Virus record (IMG/VR): IMGVR_UViG_3300020390_000003
Location: 1-64,000 of that record
Source: a virus
Reading direction: 5' to 3' (one strand)
DNA length: 64,000 bases
Shown here: positions 9,043-19,211 of the stretch, in pieces
How positions within the stretch are numbered: position 1 is the stretch's first letter
Layout: every line of letters begins with the position of its first letter
The notes under the pieces: generated by a model
Told to the model about the DNA's origin: nothing
The model's input: only the letters and a program-made list of their open reading frames with translations
Database searches by the model: none
Translations under genes and position numbers: made by a program

Positions 9043-10515
9043 ATGGAAAAACAAACTTTCATTACTACCCTAGGGGCTTTGGACGCCCAATTCAGATTTG
9101 ACGAAACATATTGTGAAAAGGTTTCTGAAGCATTAGGCTATGAAGATGGCAAGATGTATAACAACGGTGTGCTGGTTGAAACCCTTATCAATCTTTTAGC
9201 AAGCGGCGTGGACCACGAGGTTGATCACGAAGATGCAGATGCGCTTATTCGCGAGTATATGTATGAGTGTGATTTTGGCAAGGCTCCCAATGCGCGTATT
9301 AGAAATGCTGAAGATTTGTGGAACATATTCCACGTTGGCGACAAAGTAGCAGAGCAGAAACTAAAATCATCAATAGAAACCATTGGTGATTGGGAAGTGG
9401 CGCGAGTAGGTAAGCCATACTTGGAGCAAGCTAAACTTAGATGCCCGGATTTTAATGCTAATGAGCAAGTGCTTTTGGCCATTATTATCGAGTACCAAGA
9501 CTGGTACAAAAGCTGCAAAGATGCTGATATACCTGGTGATTTTTTAGATTTCATTCCAGAATTGAGTAAGAAATATTTCTTAAGTAAAACTCACAGTGAA
9601 GAAAACCCTTCTCCCTATCCTGCTATTTATGCGGAGTTATCAAATGTGATTGAAAAGCATAAGCATTTGATCGAGAACAAAGCGCCTATGGAGGACGTTG
9701 AGCATTTAGAGGAATTGATATCCCATTATTTTGATGCGGCAAAATCGACTGCTTACGCAGATTATGACAAGATGTGGGAGTTTATTAAGCGTGGTATTAA
9801 TGCTGATGTAGAAGCTATGCCGAAAAAATCTGCAGATGAGATTGCGCAGATGCTAAAGCCAAAATCAAAAACACCGATAGCAGATAGCTTAGATGATAAG
9901 AACCATCTTAAACAGGCTATTGAGGAATTTGAAAAGAAAAATCCACATTTTTTTATAGCTGAAAAATCAGTGAGAGAAAAGCTGTTTGATGCTTTTGAAG
10001 GTGAGACTGTAAGAGTTGTTTGCGATAGAGCTTTCCTAGATAAGATAAATACGTCAGGATTAGGAAAGTTAAAATCTATTGAAAAGTTTGAAACCAAAAC
10101 TAAAATCCACTTCGCCTTATTCAACAAGACGTATCAAGAAGGTGCTTTAGAAGAATTTCCAAGCGTTAAAAAACCTCAATCTGAGTTTAATGGATTTGCT
10201 AAGAAGTTTGAAGGTGATAAGGAAGTGAAATCAGTCGAAGAATATCCTTTAATTGACCTTTCAAACTATCCATTCTTAAAATGCAAAGATCAATCGTATA
10301 AACACGGGGATTACGCGACTATTTTCAAAGATGAAATCGACGGGAAAAAAGTTTTGATTGAGTTCAACCTACACGGTTTTATAGCTTCAGATATTAGCAA
10401 TGCAGTAAGTTTTATGAAAAATGATGTTATGCCTACTGCTTCCAGAGCAGCGCTTAATCACTTTTTACGAAGATCAATAGTACGAATCAAAATCACACCC
10501 AATGAGCAATCCTAA
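9043..10515 (+). CDS. Hypothetical multidomain phage protein
   Basis: 490-aa ORF, no recognised motif. Confidence 0.7.
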   Translation: MEKQTFITTLGALDAQFRFDETYCEKVSEALGYEDGKMYNNGVLVETLINLLASGVDHEVDHEDADALIREYMYECDFGKAPNARIRNAEDLWNIFHVGDKVAEQKLKSSIETIGDWEVARVGKPYLEQAKLRCPDFNANEQVLLAIIIEYQDWYKSCKDADIPGDFLDFIPELSKKYFLSKTHSEENPSPYPAIYAELSNVIEKHKHLIENKAPMEDVEHLEELISHYFDAAKSTAYADYDKMWEFIKRGINADVEAMPKKSADEIAQMLKPKSKTPIADSLDDKNHLKQAIEEFEKKNPHFFIAEKSVREKLFDAFEGETVRVVCDRAFLDKINTSGLGKLKSIEKFETKTKIHFALFNKTYQEGALEEFPSVKKPQSEFNGFAKKFEGDKEVKSVEEYPLIDLSNYPFLKCKDQSYKHGDYATIFKDEIDGKKVLIEFNLHGFIASDISNAVSFMKNDVMPTASRAALNHFLRRSIVRIKITPNEQS

Positions 10516-10771
10516 CACCCCATTATTAAAATTCATTCCGGTAAAGAGTTCGCAGCTTAAAGAAGTGGCTTATGATACTGCGAGTGAAACTTTGTATGTA
10601 CGCTTTCATAACACGGGCAAAGTGTATAGTTATTCGCCGGTATCGCAAGAGAAATTTGACGGATTACTGGCTGCAGATAGCGTAGGTAAATATTATCACG
10701 CGCACATACGCAAGGCCGTTACCGGAAAACAAGAGAACCCGGAAAAATTCAAGACTAATATCAAATACTAG
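10502..10771 (+). CDS. KTSC domain protein
   Basis: 'VKSSQLKEVAYD..TLYVRF..GKVYSY..V....FDGLLAADSVGKYYHAHIR'. Confidence 0.9.
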   Translation: MSNPNTPLLKFIPVKSSQLKEVAYDTASETLYVRFHNTGKVYSYSPVSQEKFDGLLAADSVGKYYHAHIRKAVTGKQENPEKFKTNIKY

Positions 10772-10775
10772 GATT

Positions 10776-11411
10776 ATGAACACAGAAACAGTAGGTACAG
10801 GAAAAGCAAGTTTTCAAGAATATAGAAGGTCAGCCATAGCTGAAATGAGGCCGGTTACGAAAGAGGATAGAGAAAACTTTAATGGGAACGGTGAGCTTAA
10901 ATTCATATCTGATTTAGGATGGTACACAGTATCTATTTCGGAACAGGATTTGAAAAACGGCTCTCCTAAAATTGGCGATATGATTGCCCGAAACCCTAAA
11001 AACTACCTTGACCAATGGTTAGTATCTGAGCAATATTTCAAAGATAACTTTATTGGTAAAGAAGGTCCTTCTGAAAACCTTTCATTCGGTGCGGCCATCG
11101 AAGCATTAAAGCAAGGTAAGCGCGTACAACGCTCCGGATGGAATGGTAAAGGGCTATTCATTTTTATGCAGGTGCCTAGCGAAGTGCCAATGGAAGTTGT
11201 TCCAAAAATGAGCAGTTTGCCTCAGTCAGTAAAAGACGAATTTGAACGCCGATTTACTTCCGGAGAAAAAAGAGAAGGCGTAGATCCTATCGAAAACAAT
11301 ACCATCAAGTACAAAAATCAGCTTGCGATGGTATATCCTGATAACAAAATTTATGGTTGGGTAGCAAGTCCAAGTGATGTGCTAGAAGAAGATTGGGTAA
11401 TCCTTGATTAA
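10776..11411 (+). CDS. DUF2829 / Tad2-like anti-defence sponge domain fused to an N-terminal domain
   Basis: 'FGAAIEALKQGKRVQRSGWNGKGLFI...WVASPSDVLEEDW'. Confidence 0.8.
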   Translation: MNTETVGTGKASFQEYRRSAIAEMRPVTKEDRENFNGNGELKFISDLGWYTVSISEQDLKNGSPKIGDMIARNPKNYLDQWLVSEQYFKDNFIGKEGPSENLSFGAAIEALKQGKRVQRSGWNGKGLFIFMQVPSEVPMEVVPKMSSLPQSVKDEFERRFTSGEKREGVDPIENNTIKYKNQLAMVYPDNKIYGWVASPSDVLEEDWVILD

Positions 11412-12124
11412 TGCAATGCCTGTATTGTGATACAGCCATTACTTCAGAGGATGAAGCGGTGCGCTTAGGAGAAAGCAATTTGCGCTTATGCGTACCGTGT
11501 AACAACAGATTTCAAATTATGAAAAAAGCAAAAGACACCATTACAGGAAATTTACCGGCCAAAGATCGCCTTGACAATTATGTGAAGCACGAGAATGGCG
11601 CCGTATTCCTATTAACCGAAAATACACGCGAGAAAGGCAAGGTCTTTTTAGTAAGCAGCAAGTACAAATTTCATAGCGTAAGCCTTCAAAGCATCAAGCA
11701 AGGACTTGTTGACGGCAAATGGCGCTATGTGAATGAGCACGAGGTTCGCAAGTTTGATGATGAGTATATTGAAAACGTAAATGCTATTGTACAAAAGGTA
11801 CTCAAACACGTGATCGCAGCCGAATTATTAATGTCGGTTGATGCAGATTTAGACGCGCAGGAAATAGGTGATCGTTATTTTAGAAGCTTGCTTGCGAAAT
11901 CTAATAAGCACGCTGAGCGTATCGCTAACAAGCACGTAGATAATATCTATGAAGCAGACCCCGAAATGTTTAATCACATTATGCGCACGCTAGAACAGCA
12001 GGTGACGTTGATCGCCGGCCTTCAGCTAGAGGATATTCCTTATTTCGCGCAGTACACCAAGAAGTTTTTTGAAGATCCTAAAGCGTTTAGGACTGATGAT
12101 GTAGAATTTAATACCGAAGTGTGA
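11411..12124 (+). CDS. Hypothetical protein with N-terminal zinc finger
   Basis: CxxC...CxxC at the N-terminus. Confidence 0.6.
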   Translation: MQCLYCDTAITSEDEAVRLGESNLRLCVPCNNRFQIMKKAKDTITGNLPAKDRLDNYVKHENGAVFLLTENTREKGKVFLVSSKYKFHSVSLQSIKQGLVDGKWRYVNEHEVRKFDDEYIENVNAIVQKVLKHVIAAELLMSVDADLDAQEIGDRYFRSLLAKSNKHAERIANKHVDNIYEADPEMFNHIMRTLEQQVTLIAGLQLEDIPYFAQYTKKFFEDPKAFRTDDVEFNTEV

Positions 12125-12579
12125 TGAACATACTTTCCCTTGATTTAGCAACGACAACCGGATGGTCCTATAATCAACCTTCAATTAACGGAGGTGTTTG
12201 GGATTTAAGTCAGAAAAAAGGCAGCAGCGCCGGAATGAAACTCATCAAACTCAGATCATTTCTACAAGACTTTTTGAACACCGTTGGTCAGATAGATTTG
12301 ATTGTTTATGAAAAGCCGGCAGGTAGATTTATTAATGGCGTTATAAGCGTAGCCGAATTGGTTGCTGTGGTTAAAACGTTCTGTGAGGATAATAAAATCG
12401 ATTACACTTCTTACCGTCCTACCGAGGTTAAAAAGTGGGCTACCGGAAAAGGAAACGCCAATAAAGATAAAATGCTTGCTGAGGCGAAAAACCGATGGCC
12501 AAGTATTCATATCATCGACGATAACCAAGCAGATTCAATGCTTATGCTAGCAATGACTCAAGAAGAATATTCATTATGA
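12121..12579 (+). CDS. RuvC-like Holliday junction resolvase
   Basis: 'ILSLDLATTTGW', 'IVYE', 'VKKWATGKGNANKDKM', 'DDNQAD'. Confidence 0.9.
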   Translation: MMNILSLDLATTTGWSYNQPSINGGVWDLSQKKGSSAGMKLIKLRSFLQDFLNTVGQIDLIVYEKPAGRFINGVISVAELVAVVKTFCEDNKIDYTSYRPTEVKKWATGKGNANKDKMLAEAKNRWPSIHIIDDNQADSMLMLAMTQEEYSL

Positions 12580-12773
12580 AAATAGAAACGGAATATGATT
12601 TTGGTGATGAAGTTTATTTAACAACTGACCCTGATCAAGACAAGCATATAATTACCGGATTCACGGTGCGTAAAGGTCAAATTCTGTACGGATGCACATT
12701 TTGCAATAGAGAAAATTGGCATTATGATTTTGAATTGATCAGAGAACGAGATATGGTATTAAAAACTTCTTAG
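12576..12773 (+). CDS. Small SH3-like hypothetical protein
   Basis: 'YDFGDEVYLTTDPDQ'. Confidence 0.55.
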   Translation: MKIETEYDFGDEVYLTTDPDQDKHIITGFTVRKGQILYGCTFCNRENWHYDFELIRERDMVLKTS

Positions 12774-13109
12774 ATGATAGCACAAATTGCAATTATGATT
12801 TTAGGTTCTGCGGCTATATGGTTTGTAGGTCGCAAAGAACAATGGAAACGGTGGGGATATATCTTAGGATTAATCGGGCAACCCTTTTGGTTTTACACCG
12901 CTTACACAAATGAGCAATGGGGAATTTTAATAATGTGCTTATTCTACACCTATTCTTGGGTTCAAGGCATTTACAATTACTGGATTAAAAAACCTGTATC
13001 GCGCATTTCAAATGAATTTGACAATCAAATTCATTGTACTTGTGAGGATATTGTAAATGGCAAGTCAACTTCTGGCTATTGTGCTAAACATCACACTACT
13101 TGGATATGA
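12774..13109 (+). CDS. Small membrane protein (PnuC-like 3-TM)
   Basis: 'RWGYILGLIGQPFWFY...QWGIL'. Confidence 0.6.
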   Translation: MIAQIAIMILGSAAIWFVGRKEQWKRWGYILGLIGQPFWFYTAYTNEQWGILIMCLFYTYSWVQGIYNYWIKKPVSRISNEFDNQIHCTCEDIVNGKSTSGYCAKHHTTWI

Positions 13110-13333
13110 TCTACCACTACCACCCCATTTTAGGATTGCAGTATTATTGTGAAGATTTCATTGTGATTGATTTGAATGCAATACCTCAAAACCCTCCGAT
13201 GAGTATTGAAGAAGCTTTGTATTTAGTAAAAGCACAAGGCATTCAAATTGTTAATTCAAGTTTGAAACCGGCAATTGATTTTTTTGTTTCAATCAAAACC
13301 AACGCAATATCAACTTTTAATAATCTATTTTGA
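13100..13333 (+). CDS. Hypothetical protein
   Basis: Coupled to neighbours. Confidence 0.45.
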   Translation: MDMIYHYHPILGLQYYCEDFIVIDLNAIPQNPPMSIEEALYLVKAQGIQIVNSSLKPAIDFFVSIKTNAISTFNNLF

Positions 13334-13974
13334 TGGTAGTTTATCAAATAACAAACAAAATAAACTTAAAAATATATATAGGGTGTGCTGTGAATTATCA
13401 AGAAAGAATAAGGCAGCACAAAACTTGCAAATTTAAAGGCGCTTTACTTCTTCACAAGGCTTTTTTAAAATATGGAATAGAAAATTTTGAATTTAAAATC
13501 ATTAAAAAATTTAGTTCTAAAGACGAAATGTTAGAAGGAGAAATTGAAGCTATAAAAAATAAAAATTCAATTTCTCCTAATGGCTACAATTTACATTATG
13601 GAGGAAAAGGAGGTAAAATAAAACTAACACCTGAACAACAACAAGCTAGAAGTATTCATTATAAAAATTTGTCTAAAGGAAATATAGGAAACACCTATGG
13701 ATTAGGTTATAAATGGACTAAAGAGCAACGAGATAACCTGAGCAAAGCCACTAAAGGAAAGACGATATCTGAATCTACTAAAAAGAAAATGTCAAAAGCT
13801 ATGCTGGGAAACACTAGATCTAAAGGTGTTGTTAGAAGTGAAGAATATAAATCCAAGATGTCTGAGTCTTTAAAGGGTAGAATTTTCACAGAAGAACATA
13901 AAAAAGCAATATCTGAGTCTGCAAAGAAAAGAGTCACTAAGTCAAAAAGAAATGAAAAAGGACAATTTATTTAA
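13330..13974 (+). CDS. GIY-YIG homing endonuclease with NUMOD3 repeats
   Basis: 'VYQITNKINLKIYIG', 'GYN', repeated 'SEETKKKMS'-like motifs. Confidence 0.9.
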   Translation: MMVVYQITNKINLKIYIGCAVNYQERIRQHKTCKFKGALLLHKAFLKYGIENFEFKIIKKFSSKDEMLEGEIEAIKNKNSISPNGYNLHYGGKGGKIKLTPEQQQARSIHYKNLSKGNIGNTYGLGYKWTKEQRDNLSKATKGKTISESTKKKMSKAMLGNTRSKGVVRSEEYKSKMSESLKGRIFTEEHKKAISESAKKRVTKSKRNEKGQFI

Positions 13975-14007
13975 CAAACAACTTCACGAATTTTTAAAAT
14001 CATTGTA

Positions 14008-14310
14008 ATGAACCTCTTAGGTAAAAAAATATTAGCAGAAGTACTTCCGTCTGAGTCTAAGACTGAAAACGGCGTGATCATTCCTGACAAGCTCAATTTA
14101 GAAAAACATCGTGCCGAAATTGTACAAGTTGGTCCTGATGTAAAATATTACCGTGTAGGCCAGGTGATACAATTCAATCAACATTCAGCGCATTATTATC
14201 CTGTGCGCGGTACTGAGTGTGTTTTTCTTAGAGAAGATCAAGATGTTATCGCTCTTGTTTCAGAGAGTCTAGCAGCGTATCGTTCCACAAGTGATGCCGG
14301 TACTTCTTAG
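14008..14310 (+). CDS. GroES-like co-chaperonin
   Basis: 'KTENGVIIPD...AEIVQVGPDV....VGQVI...FLREDQDVIA'. Confidence 0.8.
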   Translation: MNLLGKKILAEVLPSESKTENGVIIPDKLNLEKHRAEIVQVGPDVKYYRVGQVIQFNQHSAHYYPVRGTECVFLREDQDVIALVSESLAAYRSTSDAGTS

Positions 14311-14911
14311 GCTGCGTTTTAGTTTGGCGCATCATTTTAGTCAATAGCTTGTTGCGCTCATTATCGGCTTTTGTAGCTTCGGGATCATTAAACGGATTGG
14401 TATAACTATTCGGGTTTACCGTTTTCTCACCGCCTAGATACTGGTAATATTCCTTAACGATTTTCTGAGCACGGTCAGTAAGTTGGTAAATATTGCTAGA
14501 AGCATTATTGCGATGATGCACCGCCACTTCGATATAATCAAGATCCATTAACGTATTGAGATAATACCCCATAGACCGTATGGGCAGCGCTTTAAAATCT
14601 TTGATTGTAAAATACTGTATTGGGAACAAGTATAACAAGACGTCTAATTCGACGTCTTTTTTTATGCGGTACTTCCGCAAGATGTAAGGCCGTACCACAA
14701 TATTAAACTGCAGCAAGTCTCGGCCGGCGGTAAAAATCAAATTCTGCGCTTTGTCTCGGCGCGAGTATTTCGCTTTAGCATACGCCGCATTTGTAGATGG
14801 CGTTACATTAACCCCGTGCTGCTGCGCCACTTTTTTAGTTTTATCACTCAATACTTCTTTAGCGGCACCTGTGATAGTGACCTTCTTAACTTTTGGACCA
14901 CGTTTTCCCAT
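14246..14911 (-). CDS. Winged-helix (MarR-like) protein, candidate transcription regulator
   Basis: 'ELDVLLYL...LNTLMDLDYIEV...NIYQLTDRAQKIV'. Confidence 0.6.
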   Translation of the reverse strand: MGKRGPKVKKVTITGAAKEVLSDKTKKVAQQHGVNVTPSTNAAYAKAKYSRRDKAQNLIFTAGRDLLQFNIVVRPYILRKYRIKKDVELDVLLYLFPIQYFTIKDFKALPIRSMGYYLNTLMDLDYIEVAVHHRNNASSNIYQLTDRAQKIVKEYYQYLGGEKTVNPNSYTNPFNDPEATKADNERNKLLTKMMRQTKTQPKKYRHHLWNDTLLDSLKQER

Positions 14912-15013
14912 TACATAAAATTTATACCAAATATAAGTTTAAGCAGCTAATCATATAAATTTAATTTATATTTTTGTTGTATTAAATAGAATTTAACTAT
15001 TAATTACCGCGTT

Positions 15014-18000
15014 ATGCCGCTAACACCAAATATTCCCGGAGGTCAACCAAAACTAGAATCAACCGTTACCGGACTTACAGACGGAAAAGACCAGCAATTT
15101 GAGGTAGCCAAACTCATACAATTGATCAATGAAGCTAATGATGTAAAGCTGCTTAACTTCAAATTTTCTAATGGAAGCATACCAGATGTAAACGCTACAA
15201 CACCGGGATATATGTTTACTGATGCGGCATTAGCAACCGAAGTAACAGAAATTCGTTTGAATAAAATTAGCGCTCAAGATGAAAGCATATCTGAATTACT
15301 TGATTTCATTGAAGCTAATTTTGCAAGAATAGTGCTTAAGTTTTCTAAGCAAGATAACAGCAATGTCATTTTTCAGTACAAAATTACTGCGGTAGCTGAT
15401 TTTGAAAATTACAAAACCTTTACAGTAACTCCATTAAATGCCATCCCAGCAATTGAGTTTTTAAATGGAAGTATTTACAAGTTTACCGCAGACAGCGCTA
15501 CCCTTCAAAAGTTAAGCGAATTAGAAGATGATGTTGAGTTATCTAATAGAACACTTTCAGGAGGGTATGAAGGCACTACACAAGACGTTGTTAATGAAGC
15601 GCAGCGCATTGACAGTGTAAAACTTGAAAAAGGAAATTATACTGGTACAGCAGCAACTTTAAAAGAACAAATTGACGGAATTGTTTTTGAAAGCGCAAAA
15701 ACCTACGACACCTTACAAGATGCCATTGACTTTTATGCAGCTGCAGATCCAAAACCTGCAGACGGCACCGGTTTTAAGGTCTCAAAATTGACAGACCCTG
15801 CAAATGTCGGTAACTATACGTTTCAAAGTGGTGAAGCTAATGGGGTTAGGTTTGAGAGTAGTTTTGGTTTGACTGAATCAGACACAACCAACGACATTAA
15901 TGTTGATGCTGTTGCCAACACGAAAGCGGTAAGGGATGGAATAACTTCAAGAAATCTACTAAAAGACCCATACTATGAGGATTATCAAGACCCAGGTGGC
16001 ACTTGGTATGACCTTCAAAACGGAAATGGAGTAACAGTATCAAATGGAGTTCTAACCCTTGATTCTTTAGTTGCCTCAAATGCTCAAATCGCTCAGACGG
16101 TAGCTGATATTCAAGAGGCTATAATTACAGATAAATACTTTTTCACACTACCTATTTATGTACCTTCTGGCTACACTGGAGATTTAAGGGTTGATATTAA
16201 AGTTTTTGATGCCTCCACAAATTCAGATATAAATCATTTTATTTCCGAATATAAGGTAGGGGCTTGGAATTTTATACCTATTACGGGATTATGGAGTGAT
16301 TCGGGAATTACAGATACTATGACGCAATTTAGGATTGCGATTTATTTGTATGAAGAGGATTTTTCGTTAAGACCTATATCATTATTTAGTGGTAAGGATG
16401 CAACTAATACCATTTACGCAGACCCTGACACTAAAATAAACACTAGGGATTATTATAATTTAATTCCTGACAATACCTTTCAGGATGATATAACATATTT
16501 TCAAGCCGTACCTGCTTTTGGTACTCAAAACGTATCATTATCAAGGGCTACTGACCATCCACACCAATATGGGCGATATTCATTAAAAGCATTAGGTATC
16601 AATGCTGCATCCACGAATAACTATGCGGGGATTTATCAAGATATAACCTCGATTGCAGAAGAAGGTGATATCTTGCAGTTCTATGGTCTTATATACACTG
16701 AAGGCGCGAGTACTTACCTGCAAAGAAGATTTAGGAACGCTTCAAATACCACTATTCAAGAAGTTGGTAATATATCCATAGCGCAAAATCAATGGGTCGA
16801 AGTATCATTTGAAGTTACCGTGCCTGCTAACGGTGTATATGCAAATTTCTTTGTAAGGAACTTCAATCAAAACGATTCAATCTATATCGCAGCGTGGGAT
16901 TTACACCTTAAAAATCCCAAAGGTAAGGCTAAGATAACTTCAAAAAGACCATTAAAAACCAAAGAGGATTTAGCTTACGTTTCCCCTACTGGTGACGATG
17001 ATAATGATGGTACACTAGCTTCGCCATTTGCAACATTTGCTAGAGCTGCAAGTGCTACGGCAAACAGCGCTTTTCCTAAAATTATTTTGCGAGAAGGCGA
17101 TTACAGGGAAAAATTAGACTTTGGAAATTTTAGCGTTTTCACAAAAAAGGTGACTGTTACCAATTATAGGCTCGAAAAAGTCCGTTTCATGGGGTCATTA
17201 TCTATTACAGGCTGGACAAAAACAACAGGATATACAAACGTATATGAGGCCACTTTAAGCAACGCTTTAACCCTGCACGGCTCAAATCTTAATAAGTATG
17301 TGATTTTTGAAGATGGTAACCCGAGTAAGCCAATTACAGAAAGTGAAAGGCATCCATTACAAGCGGGATTAACACACCGTTTGCCTTATACTGAGCTTCT
17401 TAATGAAGATTTCGACACGGATCTAGGAACTACTTTAACGGCTTTGGATGCTTCTGGTGGAGGTCATTATCATGATACGGGGAACAATAAGATTTTTCTA
17501 GTTACTAGTGATAATGACAATCCTGAAACAAATGATTACTCTTATGAATATGCCTATACTTCGGTAGTTGCAAGCCCTACGATTGACAAACATCTAGACC
17601 TTGACCTAATAGGTATTGAAAGTTGGTATGCAAAGGGTAACGGTATGACACTAAGTAACTTTAATAATATTACAAGAAAAAATTGCAGGGTTTTTGGTTC
17701 TACGTCTGACGGTTTTAAGGATAGTGTTAATAGACTTGTCGCATACAGGGATGAAGCAGCAGGTGTAGGTAATGACGGGCAAAACGGACACGTTTATGAT
17801 GTTTCTGGATGGGAAGATTCCGACTTAAGACAAGGTGTAAATCAAGCGTACTATTTCAATTCATGGTGCCACGATAATTATGATGACGGTATGAGCCACC
17901 ACGAACGCGGAGAAGTATTTACCTATGGCGGATTGTACGAGTATAACGGAGATAGGGGTATTGCACCTTCTAACTCCTGTATAATGGAGTGTCACCAACC

Positions 18001-18349
18001 GTTTGTCAGAAAAAATGGACAGTTAGTTGGTGTAGATGGAGGTACGGTAGGTCATGGACTTAGTATTGTAAATGCGCCAGATGCAGGCGATGGAAGATAC
18101 AACTCTTCATTAATAGCTTACGGGGCGCAACTTATTGAAAACACAGTAGGCGCAGCTATTCAGAACACAGCAGGACATAAGATGATACTTGTTGACTGTG
18201 TAGCCAGAGAGAATACTTCTTATAACTACTCAGCAGATGAGGGTGAGATAATAGCCTATAACTGTAAGTCCACACAATCAAGTGGAAACCATAAGGAAGA
18301 AGTAAATGGTGGAGCTGTAACAGTTATAAATGATAATACATTAACATGA
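15014..18349 (+). CDS. Tail spike / receptor-binding protein with CBM-like domains and beta-helix depolymerase
   Basis: 'NLLKDP', 'NLIPDNTF' CBM-like starts; 'YVSPTGDDDNDGTLASPFATFARA'; parallel beta-helix repeats. Confidence 0.75.
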   Translation: MPLTPNIPGGQPKLESTVTGLTDGKDQQFEVAKLIQLINEANDVKLLNFKFSNGSIPDVNATTPGYMFTDAALATEVTEIRLNKISAQDESISELLDFIEANFARIVLKFSKQDNSNVIFQYKITAVADFENYKTFTVTPLNAIPAIEFLNGSIYKFTADSATLQKLSELEDDVELSNRTLSGGYEGTTQDVVNEAQRIDSVKLEKGNYTGTAATLKEQIDGIVFESAKTYDTLQDAIDFYAAADPKPADGTGFKVSKLTDPANVGNYTFQSGEANGVRFESSFGLTESDTTNDINVDAVANTKAVRDGITSRNLLKDPYYEDYQDPGGTWYDLQNGNGVTVSNGVLTLDSLVASNAQIAQTVADIQEAIITDKYFFTLPIYVPSGYTGDLRVDIKVFDASTNSDINHFISEYKVGAWNFIPITGLWSDSGITDTMTQFRIAIYLYEEDFSLRPISLFSGKDATNTIYADPDTKINTRDYYNLIPDNTFQDDITYFQAVPAFGTQNVSLSRATDHPHQYGRYSLKALGINAASTNNYAGIYQDITSIAEEGDILQFYGLIYTEGASTYLQRRFRNASNTTIQEVGNISIAQNQWVEVSFEVTVPANGVYANFFVRNFNQNDSIYIAAWDLHLKNPKGKAKITSKRPLKTKEDLAYVSPTGDDDNDGTLASPFATFARAASATANSAFPKIILREGDYREKLDFGNFSVFTKKVTVTNYRLEKVRFMGSLSITGWTKTTGYTNVYEATLSNALTLHGSNLNKYVIFEDGNPSKPITESERHPLQAGLTHRLPYTELLNEDFDTDLGTTLTALDASGGGHYHDTGNNKIFLVTSDNDNPETNDYSYEYAYTSVVASPTIDKHLDLDLIGIESWYAKGNGMTLSNFNNITRKNCRVFGSTSDGFKDSVNRLVAYRDEAAGVGNDGQNGHVYDVSGWEDSDLRQGVNQAYYFNSWCHDNYDDGMSHHERGEVFTYGGLYEYNGDRGIAPSNSCIMECHQPFVRKNGQLVGVDGGTVGHGLSIVNAPDAGDGRYNSSLIAYGAQLIENTVGAAIQNTAGHKMILVDCVARENTSYNYSADEGEIIAYNCKSTQSSGNHKEEVNGGAVTVINDNTLT

Positions 18350-18395
18350 ACGCCCTATACACAAATAACGTATTGATTGCTTAAATACATAAGAC

Positions 18396-18851
18396 ATGAT
18401 CTACCAAGATACAAATAGCGGTTTTTTAGTAGTGATCACATTGCTGGCAATTACTTTGGTTTGCTTCAATTTTAGTGCGTATTGCTTTATTTCTTATCGC
18501 ATTATCAAGTCGCAACGCAACAATCCGCATTACAAAAAAACGCCTACGGTTATAGGATTTAACTGGCTATTTATTTCAATCATATTACTGCTATTAGCTT
18601 TCATTATAAATTTCTTTTTCAATGCGTTTTGGATTTTGAATATCACTTCAATCATCGCTTGTGTGATATCGTCATACACCACGCATAAGTATTACAGCCA
18701 AACATCAGTTTTTGAAGAAAAGCAGATACCGGAAGATTTAGTGAAAAAAGAAACTGAAGATTTAAAAAAATCAGTTTTAAGGAAAATACAAAAGTATGAA
18801 GTCGATGATTCTATGTTGAATGAAATGACTACGTACATAAACAAGCATTAA
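18396..18851 (+). CDS. Membrane protein (lysis cassette, holin candidate)
   Basis: Three hydrophobic segments, upstream of endolysin. Confidence 0.55.
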   Translation: MIYQDTNSGFLVVITLLAITLVCFNFSAYCFISYRIIKSQRNNPHYKKTPTVIGFNWLFISIILLLLAFIINFFFNAFWILNITSIIACVISSYTTHKYYSQTSVFEEKQIPEDLVKKETEDLKKSVLRKIQKYEVDDSMLNEMTTYINKH

Positions 18852-18852
18852 T

Positions 18853-19209
18853 ATGAGTAACGAACTACTTATAGCACTTTTTGGCGGTGGTTCACTTGCT
18901 GCAATTATTGGTGCGTTAAAACTTCCAGAAACAATTAAAAACTGGAAAGAAGCCAGGCAAATAAAATATGATGGGCTTCAAAAAGAATTAGAAATAGAGC
19001 GCGAGAAAATTAGAGGTTTAGAACTTCAACTTTCATCTAAAAGTAAAGAGTTAGAATTAGAAAAGATGAAAATGATTGAAATAAAAATTTGGTTAAGCGC
19101 TACTATACCAATGATGCGCACACAAAATTCTGACGATCCAAAAACTCTTGAGTTGATCAAAATGATAGAAGATAATATAAAATTTGACGTAACCCCTTCA
19201 AGAACTTAA
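18853..19209 (+). CDS. Holin-like protein (1 TM + coiled coil)
   Basis: N-terminal hydrophobic 'LLIALFGGGSLAAIIG', directly before endolysin. Confidence 0.55.
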   Translation: MSNELLIALFGGGSLAAIIGALKLPETIKNWKEARQIKYDGLQKELEIEREKIRGLELQLSSKSKELELEKMKMIEIKIWLSATIPMMRTQNSDDPKTLELIKMIEDNIKFDVTPSRT

Positions 19210-19211
19210 TT

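Noticed and set aside
15014-18349. Diversity-generating retroelement target
   Set aside because: No reverse transcriptase and no template/variable repeat pair seen in the window.
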